A stretch of 64,000 bases of DNA, from NCBI GenBank assembly GCA_963719085.1, contig CAVRAL010000001.1, positions 672,001-736,000 on the forward strand, given 5' to 3'. Within the stretch, counting starts at the first letter, position 1; each line of letters begins with the position of its first letter. This stretch comes from a candidate division FCPU426 bacterium. GTDB taxonomy: Bacteria > Oederibacteriota > Muellerivitia > Muellerivitales > Muellerivitaceae. The position numbers and the translations under genes are program-made. The notes under the pieces are model-generated. The model saw only the letters and a program-made list of their open reading frames with translations, was not told where the DNA came from and searched no databases. Shown one piece after another: positions 22,750 through 32,349 of the stretch.

Positions 22750-23803
22750 GGAACTGCTGACGGGACAAAACGATTGGTTCTCCAAAGCGGGGCCCTTGGA
22801 CGGGGTGGTCCTCTCCAGCCGGGTGAGGCTCGCGCGCAATCTGGACAAAATGAAATTTCCCCATCAAGCCAACGCCCTGGAACAAAAACAAGTGGTGGAA
22901 CAGGTGGAGAAAGGCCTGAGCCGTTTGACCAAGGGTGAAAAATTTAGATTCGTGCGGTTGAATGAGATCGCTTCATTGGACCGGCAATTTTTGACTGAAC
23001 ACCAGCTTATGTCGATGGAACACGCCGCCAGCCTGGGCGAGCGGGCCGTGGCTTTTGATCCCCAAGAGGGATTGAGTTTCATGATCAATGAAGAGGATCA
23101 TTTACGGCTTCAAGTTTTTCGGCCCGGGCTTAATTTGCGAGAGGCCTATCGCACGCTTCAAAAAGCCGACGAGTTGATCGGGCAGGATTTGGTTTACGCC
23201 AAGCATGACCAGTGGGGTTATTTGACGGCCTGCCCGACCAATTTGGGCGCGGCTTTGCGGGCCAGCGTGATGCTGCACCTGCCGGCTTTGGTTTATACCA
23301 ACCGGATCGCCCAAGTGCTTCAAGGCGTCGCCCAGGTGGGTTTGACGGTGCGGGGGTTGCAGGGCGAGACCACGCAGATTTCCAGCCCCTTTTTCCAAAT
23401 TTCCAATCAGTCGTCGCTGGGCAAAAAGGGATCCGAGATCGTGGAACACGTGGACCGGGTGGCGCGTCAAATGATTGAGGTGGAAACCCAAACCCAAAAG
23501 GGCGTCTTTCAACAGGATGGGCTCAAGATCAAGGACCGCATTTGCCGGGCTCTGGGGACCTTGAAAAACGCGCAGCTTCTCCCCATTGAGGAAGCCTTGA
23601 ACGGTCTGTCGGCCCTGCGGGTCGGGGTGGAGCAAAAAATCTTAACCGGCTTGGACTTGCCAAACCTGAACAATCTTCTGATTTTGATCCAACCGGCCCA
23701 TTTGGCGAAGATCGCGGTGCGGGAATTGAGGCCGGAGGACGAGGTCCAGGAACGGGCCCGCTTATTAAGGCTGGCCTTGAAGCCCATGGAAGTCGCCGGC
23801 TAG
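22712..23803 (+). CDS. mcsB: Protein-arginine kinase McsB (start uncertain)
   Basis: SSRVRLARNL, MINEEDHLR, GYLTACPTNLG, RASVMLHLP, QISNQ, QPAHL; between mcsA and clpC. Confidence 0.9.
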   Translation: MKSKNGRIRPLFEELLTGQNDWFSKAGPLDGVVLSSRVRLARNLDKMKFPHQANALEQKQVVEQVEKGLSRLTKGEKFRFVRLNEIASLDRQFLTEHQLMSMEHAASLGERAVAFDPQEGLSFMINEEDHLRLQVFRPGLNLREAYRTLQKADELIGQDLVYAKHDQWGYLTACPTNLGAALRASVMLHLPALVYTNRIAQVLQGVAQVGLTVRGLQGETTQISSPFFQISNQSSLGKKGSEIVEHVDRVARQMIEVETQTQKGVFQQDGLKIKDRICRALGTLKNAQLLPIEEALNGLSALRVGVEQKILTGLDLPNLNNLLILIQPAHLAKIAVRELRPEDEVQERARLLRLALKPMEVAG

Positions 23804-23883
23804 CCGAAAAAGCCTCCTAATTGTTGATTTATGGACGCCATTCAGTTGAAATAGAAACATCCTGCAATTCTAAGGAGCCTGCC

Positions 23884-26346
23884 ATGTTTGAACGATTTAC
23901 CGAACGGGCTAAAAAAGTCATCAACCCCCTGGCCAAAGAAGAGGCCCGGCGTTTAAACCACAATTTTATTGGAACCGAACATCTCCTGCTGGGTCTTATC
24001 CGGGAAGGCGGCGGCGTGGCCGTGGCCGTTTTGGAATCACTGGGGGTGGATTTGGAATCCGTGCGCATTGAAGTGGAAAACCTCACCACGCCGTCATCCG
24101 ACACCTTGACCATTGGCGATCCGCAATTTACGCCCTCGGCCAAAAAGGTTTTGGAATTGGCCGCCGAGGAATCCCAAAAACTGGGCCACAACTATATTGG
24201 AACCGAGCATTTACTGCTGGGGCTCATCCAAGAAGGCGAGGGCGTCGCGGCCCGCGCTTTGGAAAACCTGGGCGTGACTTACGAAAAATCCCGGGACATG
24301 GTGATCAATTTGTTGGGCGGAACCTTCCCGAAATTCTCCAAACAAGTGAAAAAATCTAAAACTCCGGCCTTGGATACCTTTGGCCGTGATTTGACCCAAA
24401 TGGCCCGGGATGGAAAACTCGATCCCGTTATCGGCCGGGAAGACGAGATTGAGCGGGTAATCCAAATTCTTTCCCGCCGCACCAAAAATAACCCGGTTTT
24501 GATTGGGGAGCCGGGCGTGGGCAAGACCGCCATCGCTGAAGGTTTGGCCCAGCGCATTAAAGAAGGAAACGTTCCCGAATTGCTTTTGGACAAACGGATT
24601 GTGACTTTGGACTTGGCCGCTTTGGTGGCGGGAACCAAGTATCGGGGTGAGTTTGAGGAGCGATTGAAGGCCGTCATTAATGAAATCCGCCAATCCGGCA
24701 AAGTGGTTTTGTTCGTGGATGAATTGCACACCCTGGTGGGAGCGGGCGCTGCGGAAGGCGCGATTGACGCTTCCAATATGCTTAAACCCGCCCTGGCCCG
24801 CGGCGAGCTTCAATGTATCGGCGCCACGACTTTAAATGAGTACCGTAAGTACATTGAGAAGGACGGCGCTTTGGAGCGCCGCTTTCAAATGATCACCGTG
24901 GATGAGCCGTCGGTGGATGAGACCATCCAGATCATCAAGGGCCTGCGCGATAAATACGAAGCCCATCACCGGGTGCGCATCACGGACGACGCCATCCAGG
25001 CGGCCGCCCAATTGTCGCACCGCTACATCTCGGGCCGGTTTTTGCCGGATAAGGCCATCGATTTGATCGATGAGGCCGGAAGCCGCACCCGCCTTCGCAT
25101 CACCACCATGCCGCCGGAAATCCGCACGCTTGAAAAAGATGTGGAAAAGGTGAAGCAGGAAAAAGAAGAAGCCATCAAGACGCAGGAATTCGAGCGCGCC
25201 GCCGATTTGCGCGACAAGATGAAAAAAATGCGCCAAAAGCTGCAGGAAGAAAAAGAAAAATGGGAAGCGATGAAATCCAAGGAAGACGCCGTGGTCACTT
25301 GGGAAGATATCGCCTATGTGGCGTCCAAGTGGACGGGCATTCCCATGATCAAGCTGGGTGAGAAGGAAAGCGAAAAGCTTCTCAAGATGGAAGAGGATCT
25401 GCATAAGCGCGTGGTGGGCCAAGAAGAGGCTATCGTTTCCATCTCGAAGGCCATCCGCCGCAGCCGCGCGGGCATTGGGAATCCTAAAAAGCCCATCGGC
25501 AGCTTTATGTTCATGGGACCGACGGGTGTGGGAAAAACCGAGCTGGCCCGGGCCTTGGCCAATTTCTTGTTTGACGACGACGACGCCCTGATCCGCTTTG
25601 ACATGAGCGAGTACATGGAAAAGTTCAACGTGTCCCGTTTGGCCGGCGCCCCTCCGGGCTATGTGGGCCATGACGAGGGCGGACAGCTGACCGAGAAGGT
25701 TCGGCGCAAGCCCTACAGCGTGGTTTTGTTCGATGAGATCGAGAAGGCCCATCCCGAGATTTTCAATGTCATGCTTCAAATCTTGGAAGACGGCCGCTTG
25801 ACCGATTCTTTGGGCCGGGTGGTCGACTTTAGAAACACCGTGGTCATCATGACCAGCAACTTGGGCGCGCGGGAAATCGGGACGATCAAGACCTTGGGCT
25901 TCCAAACCGGGGATGACGCGATCAGCTTTGAAAGCATGAAGAATAAGATTCATGCCGAGTTGAAGAAGGCCTTCAACCCCGAGTTCCTCAATCGGATCGA
26001 TGACATCATCATTTTTCATCCTTTGGAAAAGAGCCACATCGAGAAGATCGTGGATATTCAGCTATCGGATGTCCAAAAACGCCTTCAGGACAAGAACATC
26101 ATCCTGGAGTTGGAGCCTTCCGCGAGGGACTTCCTCATCGACAAGGGCTACGACAAAATGTACGGCGCCCGGCAGATGAAACGAACGATCCAGCGTTATG
26201 TGGAAGACGCGGTGGCCGAGGAATTGCTGCGCGGCCACATCAAGGATGGCCAGAAGGTCACCCTGACGTCCGGGGGAGACAAATTGATTTTCACGACTGA
26301 CGCGTCCTTGACCGCGGTATCTTCCGCGCCCGCCGCCACGGTTTAG
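23884..26346 (+). CDS. clpC: ClpC AAA+ chaperone
   Basis: Two Clp-N repeats (GTEHLLL), Walker A motifs GEPGVGKT and [11 protein letters not shown]-type middle domain, LGF loop. Confidence 0.96.
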   Translation: MFERFTERAKKVINPLAKEEARRLNHNFIGTEHLLLGLIREGGGVAVAVLESLGVDLESVRIEVENLTTPSSDTLTIGDPQFTPSAKKVLELAAEESQKLGHNYIGTEHLLLGLIQEGEGVAARALENLGVTYEKSRDMVINLLGGTFPKFSKQVKKSKTPALDTFGRDLTQMARDGKLDPVIGREDEIERVIQILSRRTKNNPVLIGEPGVGKTAIAEGLAQRIKEGNVPELLLDKRIVTLDLAALVAGTKYRGEFEERLKAVINEIRQSGKVVLFVDELHTLVGAGAAEGAIDASNMLKPALARGELQCIGATTLNEYRKYIEKDGALERRFQMITVDEPSVDETIQIIKGLRDKYEAHHRVRITDDAIQAAAQLSHRYISGRFLPDKAIDLIDEAGSRTRLRITTMPPEIRTLEKDVEKVKQEKEEAIKTQEFERAADLRDKMKKMRQKLQEEKEKWEAMKSKEDAVVTWEDIAYVASKWTGIPMIKLGEKESEKLLKMEEDLHKRVVGQEEAIVSISKAIRRSRAGIGNPKKPIGSFMFMGPTGVGKTELARALANFLFDDDDALIRFDMSEYMEKFNVSRLAGAPPGYVGHDEGGQLTEKVRRKPYSVVLFDEIEKAHPEIFNVMLQILEDGRLTDSLGRVVDFRNTVVIMTSNLGAREIGTIKTLGFQTGDDAISFESMKNKIHAELKKAFNPEFLNRIDDIIIFHPLEKSHIEKIVDIQLSDVQKRLQDKNIILELEPSARDFLIDKGYDKMYGARQMKRTIQRYVEDAVAEELLRGHIKDGQKVTLTSGGDKLIFTTDASLTAVSSAPAATV

Positions 26347-26358
26347 CCGGAAATCGCG

Positions 26359-29300
26359 ATGGGGAATAAGCCGCCAAAACCGGGATGGCTGTTGCCGTCT
26401 TCCATAGGTTTGGCCGCTCTTTTGGTGGCGGGTTATTTCTTCATTCAAGACCATGTGGTGGACGCGCAGCTTCAGCCGGCTCTCCAAAAAAAATTAACCG
26501 ACCTGCTCCATTCGCCCGTCAGCCTGGAATCGGTTCGGGCGGACATTCGGGGCGGGGTGGAATTGCGCAATGTCTCTTTTCAGATCCCGGTTTCGGGTCT
26601 GGAAGTCCGTGCGTTGGTTGAAAAAGCCTCGGTCCGTTTGTCCTTGGTGGACCTGCTTTGGCGCCACAAAAGCGTGGCGGATTCCCTCGAAAGTTTGACC
26701 GTCCATCATCCCAAACTGTTTATTAGCCGCGGTTCTCCGCCGGCGGCAGGCGAAGCCGCGCCGCCGACGTCCGCGCCGACACCCGCGTCTTTTCCCTTGC
26801 TGCCGTTTAAGAAAATTTTTGTCCGTGACGGCGAGCTTTTTTTCCAATCCGGCGAGGATAAGGAAGGGAAGCGTGTCGCCCAGCAAATTGATTTACAAGC
26901 CTTTACCGATGATTCCCACCGATGGGGACTTTGGATCGAAGCCAAGCCGCCGGAAGAAAAATCATCCGGGTCCTTGGTGCTGACGGGCAGCGTGAATCTG
27001 GATGAGGCCAAATTAGTGGGGAAGGTGGAACTGGCAGACTGGACTCTGGCCGGTGTGGGTCCCATGCTCAAAAGCTTGACGGGTTGGGATCTTTTGGGCG
27101 GACAAGCCAACGTGGATGTTCCTTTCGCCTATCGGCCCGGCCGCAATTTTTGGTTTGATATCCGGGGCCATGTCCAAGACGCGACCGTCCGGGCGCCCGG
27201 CCCAAACGGGGTTCTTTTCACGGGTATCCAGGGCCGCACGGCGATCCGGCCCACGGAGCTGACCCTGAGCCAGCCCTTGCGGTTTCAGGTGGGGCAGACC
27301 GCGTGGCAGGCTTCCGGCGTCATTCCCTTTGACGGGCGTCCGGTTTCGCTGACCACTTCCACCGACGCGCTTTATTTGACCACCTTGATCAACGATGTGC
27401 TTCAACTTAAAGATTTGAAAACCGACGGAGTGGGGCAGGCCGCCATGACCGTGACGGGCCAGTTTTTAAATCCCACCATTCAGGGGTCGGCCGAACTGGG
27501 GACTTCCCACGTCGGGGATTGGCAATTGGATTCGCTGGCGCTGTCGGCCAATTACGATAAGGGCGTCTTTCAGTTGACTCAAATCACCGGAAAATTGTAC
27601 GACGGGACCTTGAACGCCAGCGGGCAGGTTTTATTGAACGGAGCCAGTGAGCCGGTTTCCTTGAAAGCCACGCTGGAAAATGTGCAGGCGAAAAAAGTGG
27701 CGGCCATCCTGGGGTTGAACGGGCTGGAAGGAACCACCAACGCCCAGGTGGCCGTGAGCGGAACGCTTCAGGAGCCGATTTTCTCCTCCAACGCGTCGTT
27801 GGATTTGGTGCGGACCCTTCGGAACACGCTTTACCACTACTCGATCACGAATCAGATTCAACTCAAGGACCAGAAAATCAAGTTTTCGGTGGTCTTGAAC
27901 GACCAGTCCCACTTGAGCGGTGAATTTATCGAAAAACCGGACGCTTGGGAATTCGGGAAACTTTCCATGACCAACGGCAAAAGGACCATTCAATTCCAGG
28001 GACAGGGCCAATGGCCGAAAGCCATGGACAAACCCATTCAAATGCAAATTCAGGGTACGGGTATTTCCCTCCAAGATTTGGTCTTTTTCAAGGACCAATT
28101 TCCCGAGGTGTCCGGTCAGGTCGCGGTGAAGTTTATTTTATCCGGGACCCGCTCCGCCTTGGCGGGATCCTTGGGCCTTCAATCGCCGGACGTGGTTTTG
28201 GGCAAAGGTTTGGCGCCGGGGCCCCTTTCAGTTTTTCTGGATTGGACGCCGGACAATCTGCTGATCCATGAGCTGCGCTATGGGAATTCGTCCAATCAAA
28301 ATTTTTCCATCACGGGAACCTTAGGCCTGCAATCGGACTCGCCCATGGATTTAAAAATCCAGGCGGATCAGATGCCCCTCGCGCTTTTGGCCGAGATCAC
28401 GAACTGGAATAATCCGCCCCAGCCCTTTACCGGGTCGGTGACCGGAAAAATCCATTGCGGCGGCGTCCGTAAAAACCCGATCCTGGAGGGCGAAGGCCAA
28501 GTGGCCCATCTTCAATTTGGCGAACAAACGGCGGATTTGGTGGACGCCCTCGTCACTTCCAATAACGGAAAAATCCAAATTCAAAAGATTAATTTGACCC
28601 AAGGCGCGAACGATTTAAAAGTTTCGGGTTCTTGGGACACGGGCGCGGCGCCGGCCCGGATGGCGCTTGACTTTTCGGCGCATCATTTTCAGATATTGAA
28701 TGGGCCCTCCCTCACCGGGGATTTTCATTGGGACGCTCAAACCGGCGATCCTTGGTGGGGAAATTGGAAAGGAGTCTTTTCGTCCGCCCTTATTTCGCTT
28801 CAAACCGCGCCCCAGACCTCTTATCAGTTTCATGATTTCGCCCTGAACGCTTCCAGCCAGAATTCGGTGATCAAGGGGTTGGTGGGCTTAGGCAAGACGG
28901 CCACGGGTACGGCCACGATCGATTTTTCAGGCCCCCAACCACAACTGGAAGCCCAACTGAAAATTGACCCGGTGTTATTATCGCAGGCGCCGGACTTGAC
29001 GCAGTTTTTGCCGGCGGGATTAAACGCGGCGGGGCTTATTTCGGGAAACGTAAGTGTTCCCAAGACGACTTTTGGCGCTTTGGCCTTGGAAGGCCATTTC
29101 GCCGTCGCCGATGGCAAGATCCAGAATTACGCTTTCGACAGCCTCAAACTTGATTTCACCGGAAACCAGGGCAAGTTGAGCCCCACCTTGAACCTGACCC
29201 GGGACGCGGCCACTTATAGCTTGGCAGGGACGATCGCGGCGGCCAGCGTCACGGAAGCCTTTTGGAATCCGGATGGTTTGATTAATTTGAACGGGCCTTT

Positions 29301-32205
29301 CGCCAAGGAAAAACTCTCGAATATCCTGGCCCTCTTAAACGCCGATACCGCCAGCCACAAAATCGCGGGCACGGTGGATGGGAATTTGGCCGTGACCGGC
29401 ACCCTGGGGCATCCGGCGCTGAAGTTTGACATGATGGGAACCGACCTTCGTTTCGACCAGAATATCGCGCCGACGGCCGATCTTCATTTTTCCGTGGATG
29501 TGGCTCAACACCAGTTGGCCGTGGGCGCCAGCCACATCTCGCTCAGCAAGGGACAAATCAATATCGATCAAGGAAGCCTTTCGTTAGATCCGCAGGACGC
29601 TAGTCTTTTGTCCGTGGATTTGACCGGCTCCACCCAAAATCTACCGATCGCTATTTTTCAGCTTTCCAGCCAGATTCATATGAAGGGGCAGCTGGCCCTG
29701 GCGGATAAGCCTTCCCGTCCCACCTTCGCGGGAACCGTATCCGTCATTGACTCCGAATCATCGGGGACTACGATCGCCTCAAACTCGGCCGCCGGCGGCA
29801 AGGCCTCGGCGTTTGATTTGAGCTTGAGCGTGGACCATGGGCGGATTGACTTTAAGCCCTTGGACACGCCCAATCCCCAATTGGTCGGGGTATTGGATTA
29901 CTCCCAAGCCAGCAAAATTTTATTCGACCATTTGAGGCTGGTGAATTCCGCCGGCAGCTTCCTTTTGAATGGAACCTTGGATTTAAACGGTCCGTGCGAC
30001 TTGACCTCGGACGCGCAAAATGTACCCATCGAAGAAATCGGAAAGTGGTTTTTTCCCGGTTTTGGTCTAACGGGTAACGGTAATTATCATTTGATTTTGC
30101 AAGGGACCTTGGTGGCCCCGATTTTTAACGCGTCTTTTTCCATCGCGGGCGGCAAATATGAGTCGCTCAACTTTGATCTTTTGAGCGGCGACTTAAAATC
30201 CAAGGGAAACACCCTGTTGTTGGGGACCGAAGACGTGCCTTTGGTGATCAGTAAGAAGGGCCTTTACAGTTTCAATGTCCATGGGCAGATTCCTTTTACC
30301 TTCTCGCCGGCGGGTTGGGCCAAAATCAAAAATCAGGATATGAGCATCGACGCGGCGATGGATCAAGGGGATTTCAGCCTCATTCTCTTAACCGGGTTGG
30401 TTCAGAAGGCCTCGGGCAGTATGGATTTTTCCGCCCATGTCGGCGGGACCTTGGATGACCCGGTGTTAAATATGGATCTGGATCTCGCGAAGGCTTCATT
30501 GGTGCCCCCCGGGTACGCTCATTCGGTGGATGACTTGAGCGGGCGCATCAAGGTTCGGGACAACCATGTGGCGGTCGACGATTTGAACGGATTGATCGGG
30601 CATGACCGGTTCTTTATTTGGACGCCGCCCCTGAAGGACAGCAAGATGGTGCTGCAGAATTTCATTCCCCAATATTTAGACCTTCGGGTGAGGACTGTGG
30701 GGGACCGGGGTCTTTACTTAAACATCCCCGGCATCATGAACGACGATGAATGGGGCGAAATCGAGTTTTATGGGGCCACCAAGGAAGACCCGATGCTCAT
30801 TGTCGGGCCCATCACCGCGCCTGAGATCCACGGAACGGCGTTGCTCCAGACGGGTCATTACACCTTCCCACCGCCGGAAAAGGGGGGCAAGGTCGTCACT
30901 TATAATTCACTGGCAAGCGTGCTGTTTGACCTGACCTTGATTTCAGGCAGCAACGCTTGGTATTCGAACAGCTTCGCCGGGGAATATCTGGAGCTCAAGA
31001 TCGACCCGGGGGATACGATGAAAATCGTCGGCCGGGACTCGGATAAGACGGCGGACACGCCGGGGATAAAATGTATCGGCAGCGCGGGATCCAAACAAGG
31101 TTTCTTGCGCTACCTGGGCCAGGAATTTCAACTGGGGGAAGCGAGCCTTTATATCCCCAAAGGCAAGCTGCCCGTCATGCGGGGCTGGGCCACGGATACA
31201 CTTAAAAATGTCCAAATCGTCACCGCGGGAGGCGTGCGCCAGTCGGATGTTCAAATCCGGGTTGATTTCAACGGCCCCTTCGGCGACGTCGATCTTAAAC
31301 TAAGCTCAATCCCCCGGGTGGCCGCCACCAACGACGAGGAAGCCCAACAGCAGATCCTGCTTTCCTATCTCATGTTCAACCGGGATATGACGGGTTACAC
31401 CCGGGAAGATTTACAACAGGCCTATCAACAGAATACGGGCAGTGTGGCCACCGACGCGGCGTTGGACGCCCTTGACCGGATTTCCTCGGCCCAATTGACC
31501 TCGGCTTTGAGGCCGTTGGCTCAAGGCCTGGGAGGGCTGGACGTGAATATCCATTCCAACGCGTTCTCGAACAACTTTGGGAGTAATCCCAACGCGTCCA
31601 CCCAGAATTCGGGCCCCGGAGGAGTCGAGCCGAATGGAACCACTTTGCCGGCCGGCGTCTCGCCGGTGGTTCAACTTCAACTCCAGAAATATTTGGATTC
31701 CAAATTTTCCGTGCAGGGGGAGTTTGGTTATTTGAGGGATCAGGCCACCGGTTATTCGGACATTCAAAGTCAGCTCGGGGTTGGCTACGATTTTAATAAA
31801 AACCTTTCGGTGAACGCCATGACGGGACAGAACGATTCGGGTCAATACGAGAATAAGTTCACTTTGGGATTTCACGCCGAGCTGCCGAATATCATGTCGG
31901 CGAACAAAGACGATAAGGACCCTCCTAAATTCGTCAATGTGGAGGTGTATCCGCTTGGCCCGGGGAAAATACATGTGGATTGGGAGACCGATAAGGTGAC
32001 CCAAGGCGAAGTCCAGGTTTTGGACGCGAACAATTCCTTGGTCAAGGACCAGGTGGAGGGGAAGAAACCGGACGATTATGACCATGAAATGGATATCGAT
32101 GGCTTGAAACCGGACACGCCTTATAAGATTCAGGTGCTGGTCAAAGACCTGAATCAAAATCAAAGCATCAGTCAAGCCAAGGATGTCGCCACCCCGCCGG
32201 GTTGA
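26359..32205 (+). CDS. tamB: TamB/AsmA-like bridge protein with a C-terminal fibronectin-III-like domain
   Basis: 1948 aa; single N-terminal TM; repetitive beta-rich body (GTLxxP); DUF490-like end (ILLSYLMF, QKYLD, GVGYDFNKN); directly before bamA. Confidence 0.75.
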   Translation: MGNKPPKPGWLLPSSIGLAALLVAGYFFIQDHVVDAQLQPALQKKLTDLLHSPVSLESVRADIRGGVELRNVSFQIPVSGLEVRALVEKASVRLSLVDLLWRHKSVADSLESLTVHHPKLFISRGSPPAAGEAAPPTSAPTPASFPLLPFKKIFVRDGELFFQSGEDKEGKRVAQQIDLQAFTDDSHRWGLWIEAKPPEEKSSGSLVLTGSVNLDEAKLVGKVELADWTLAGVGPMLKSLTGWDLLGGQANVDVPFAYRPGRNFWFDIRGHVQDATVRAPGPNGVLFTGIQGRTAIRPTELTLSQPLRFQVGQTAWQASGVIPFDGRPVSLTTSTDALYLTTLINDVLQLKDLKTDGVGQAAMTVTGQFLNPTIQGSAELGTSHVGDWQLDSLALSANYDKGVFQLTQITGKLYDGTLNASGQVLLNGASEPVSLKATLENVQAKKVAAILGLNGLEGTTNAQVAVSGTLQEPIFSSNASLDLVRTLRNTLYHYSITNQIQLKDQKIKFSVVLNDQSHLSGEFIEKPDAWEFGKLSMTNGKRTIQFQGQGQWPKAMDKPIQMQIQGTGISLQDLVFFKDQFPEVSGQVAVKFILSGTRSALAGSLGLQSPDVVLGKGLAPGPLSVFLDWTPDNLLIHELRYGNSSNQNFSITGTLGLQSDSPMDLKIQADQMPLALLAEITNWNNPPQPFTGSVTGKIHCGGVRKNPILEGEGQVAHLQFGEQTADLVDALVTSNNGKIQIQKINLTQGANDLKVSGSWDTGAAPARMALDFSAHHFQILNGPSLTGDFHWDAQTGDPWWGNWKGVFSSALISLQTAPQTSYQFHDFALNASSQNSVIKGLVGLGKTATGTATIDFSGPQPQLEAQLKIDPVLLSQAPDLTQFLPAGLNAAGLISGNVSVPKTTFGALALEGHFAVADGKIQNYAFDSLKLDFTGNQGKLSPTLNLTRDAATYSLAGTIAAASVTEAFWNPDGLINLNGPFAKEKLSNILALLNADTASHKIAGTVDGNLAVTGTLGHPALKFDMMGTDLRFDQNIAPTADLHFSVDVAQHQLAVGASHISLSKGQINIDQGSLSLDPQDASLLSVDLTGSTQNLPIAIFQLSSQIHMKGQLALADKPSRPTFAGTVSVIDSESSGTTIASNSAAGGKASAFDLSLSVDHGRIDFKPLDTPNPQLVGVLDYSQASKILFDHLRLVNSAGSFLLNGTLDLNGPCDLTSDAQNVPIEEIGKWFFPGFGLTGNGNYHLILQGTLVAPIFNASFSIAGGKYESLNFDLLSGDLKSKGNTLLLGTEDVPLVISKKGLYSFNVHGQIPFTFSPAGWAKIKNQDMSIDAAMDQGDFSLILLTGLVQKASGSMDFSAHVGGTLDDPVLNMDLDLAKASLVPPGYAHSVDDLSGRIKVRDNHVAVDDLNGLIGHDRFFIWTPPLKDSKMVLQNFIPQYLDLRVRTVGDRGLYLNIPGIMNDDEWGEIEFYGATKEDPMLIVGPITAPEIHGTALLQTGHYTFPPPEKGGKVVTYNSLASVLFDLTLISGSNAWYSNSFAGEYLELKIDPGDTMKIVGRDSDKTADTPGIKCIGSAGSKQGFLRYLGQEFQLGEASLYIPKGKLPVMRGWATDTLKNVQIVTAGGVRQSDVQIRVDFNGPFGDVDLKLSSIPRVAATNDEEAQQQILLSYLMFNRDMTGYTREDLQQAYQQNTGSVATDAALDALDRISSAQLTSALRPLAQGLGGLDVNIHSNAFSNNFGSNPNASTQNSGPGGVEPNGTTLPAGVSPVVQLQLQKYLDSKFSVQGEFGYLRDQATGYSDIQSQLGVGYDFNKNLSVNAMTGQNDSGQYENKFTLGFHAELPNIMSANKDDKDPPKFVNVEVYPLGPGKIHVDWETDKVTQGEVQVLDANNSLVKDQVEGKKPDDYDHEMDIDGLKPDTPYKIQVLVKDLNQNQSISQAKDVATPPG

Positions 32206-32349
32206 ACCGCGCGCTTCAGAGCTCTTTTTCGTCCATTCAGCGTCTAAACCCATTAAATGCTTTAGACTTTCAAATTAAACATGCTAGAATACGCACCATT
32301 TTGCGCCCAGTCCATTTGGGCTTTCCATCATCTTTTCGTGGAGGATTTT

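Noticed and set aside
22010..23883. CtsR heptad repeats or CIRCE upstream of mcsA or clpC
   Set aside because: No GGTCAAA direct repeat or TTAGCACTC inverted repeat was found by eye.
24832..26037. 401-aa minus-strand ORF
   Set aside because: Antisense to clpC; typical codon-bias shadow ORF.
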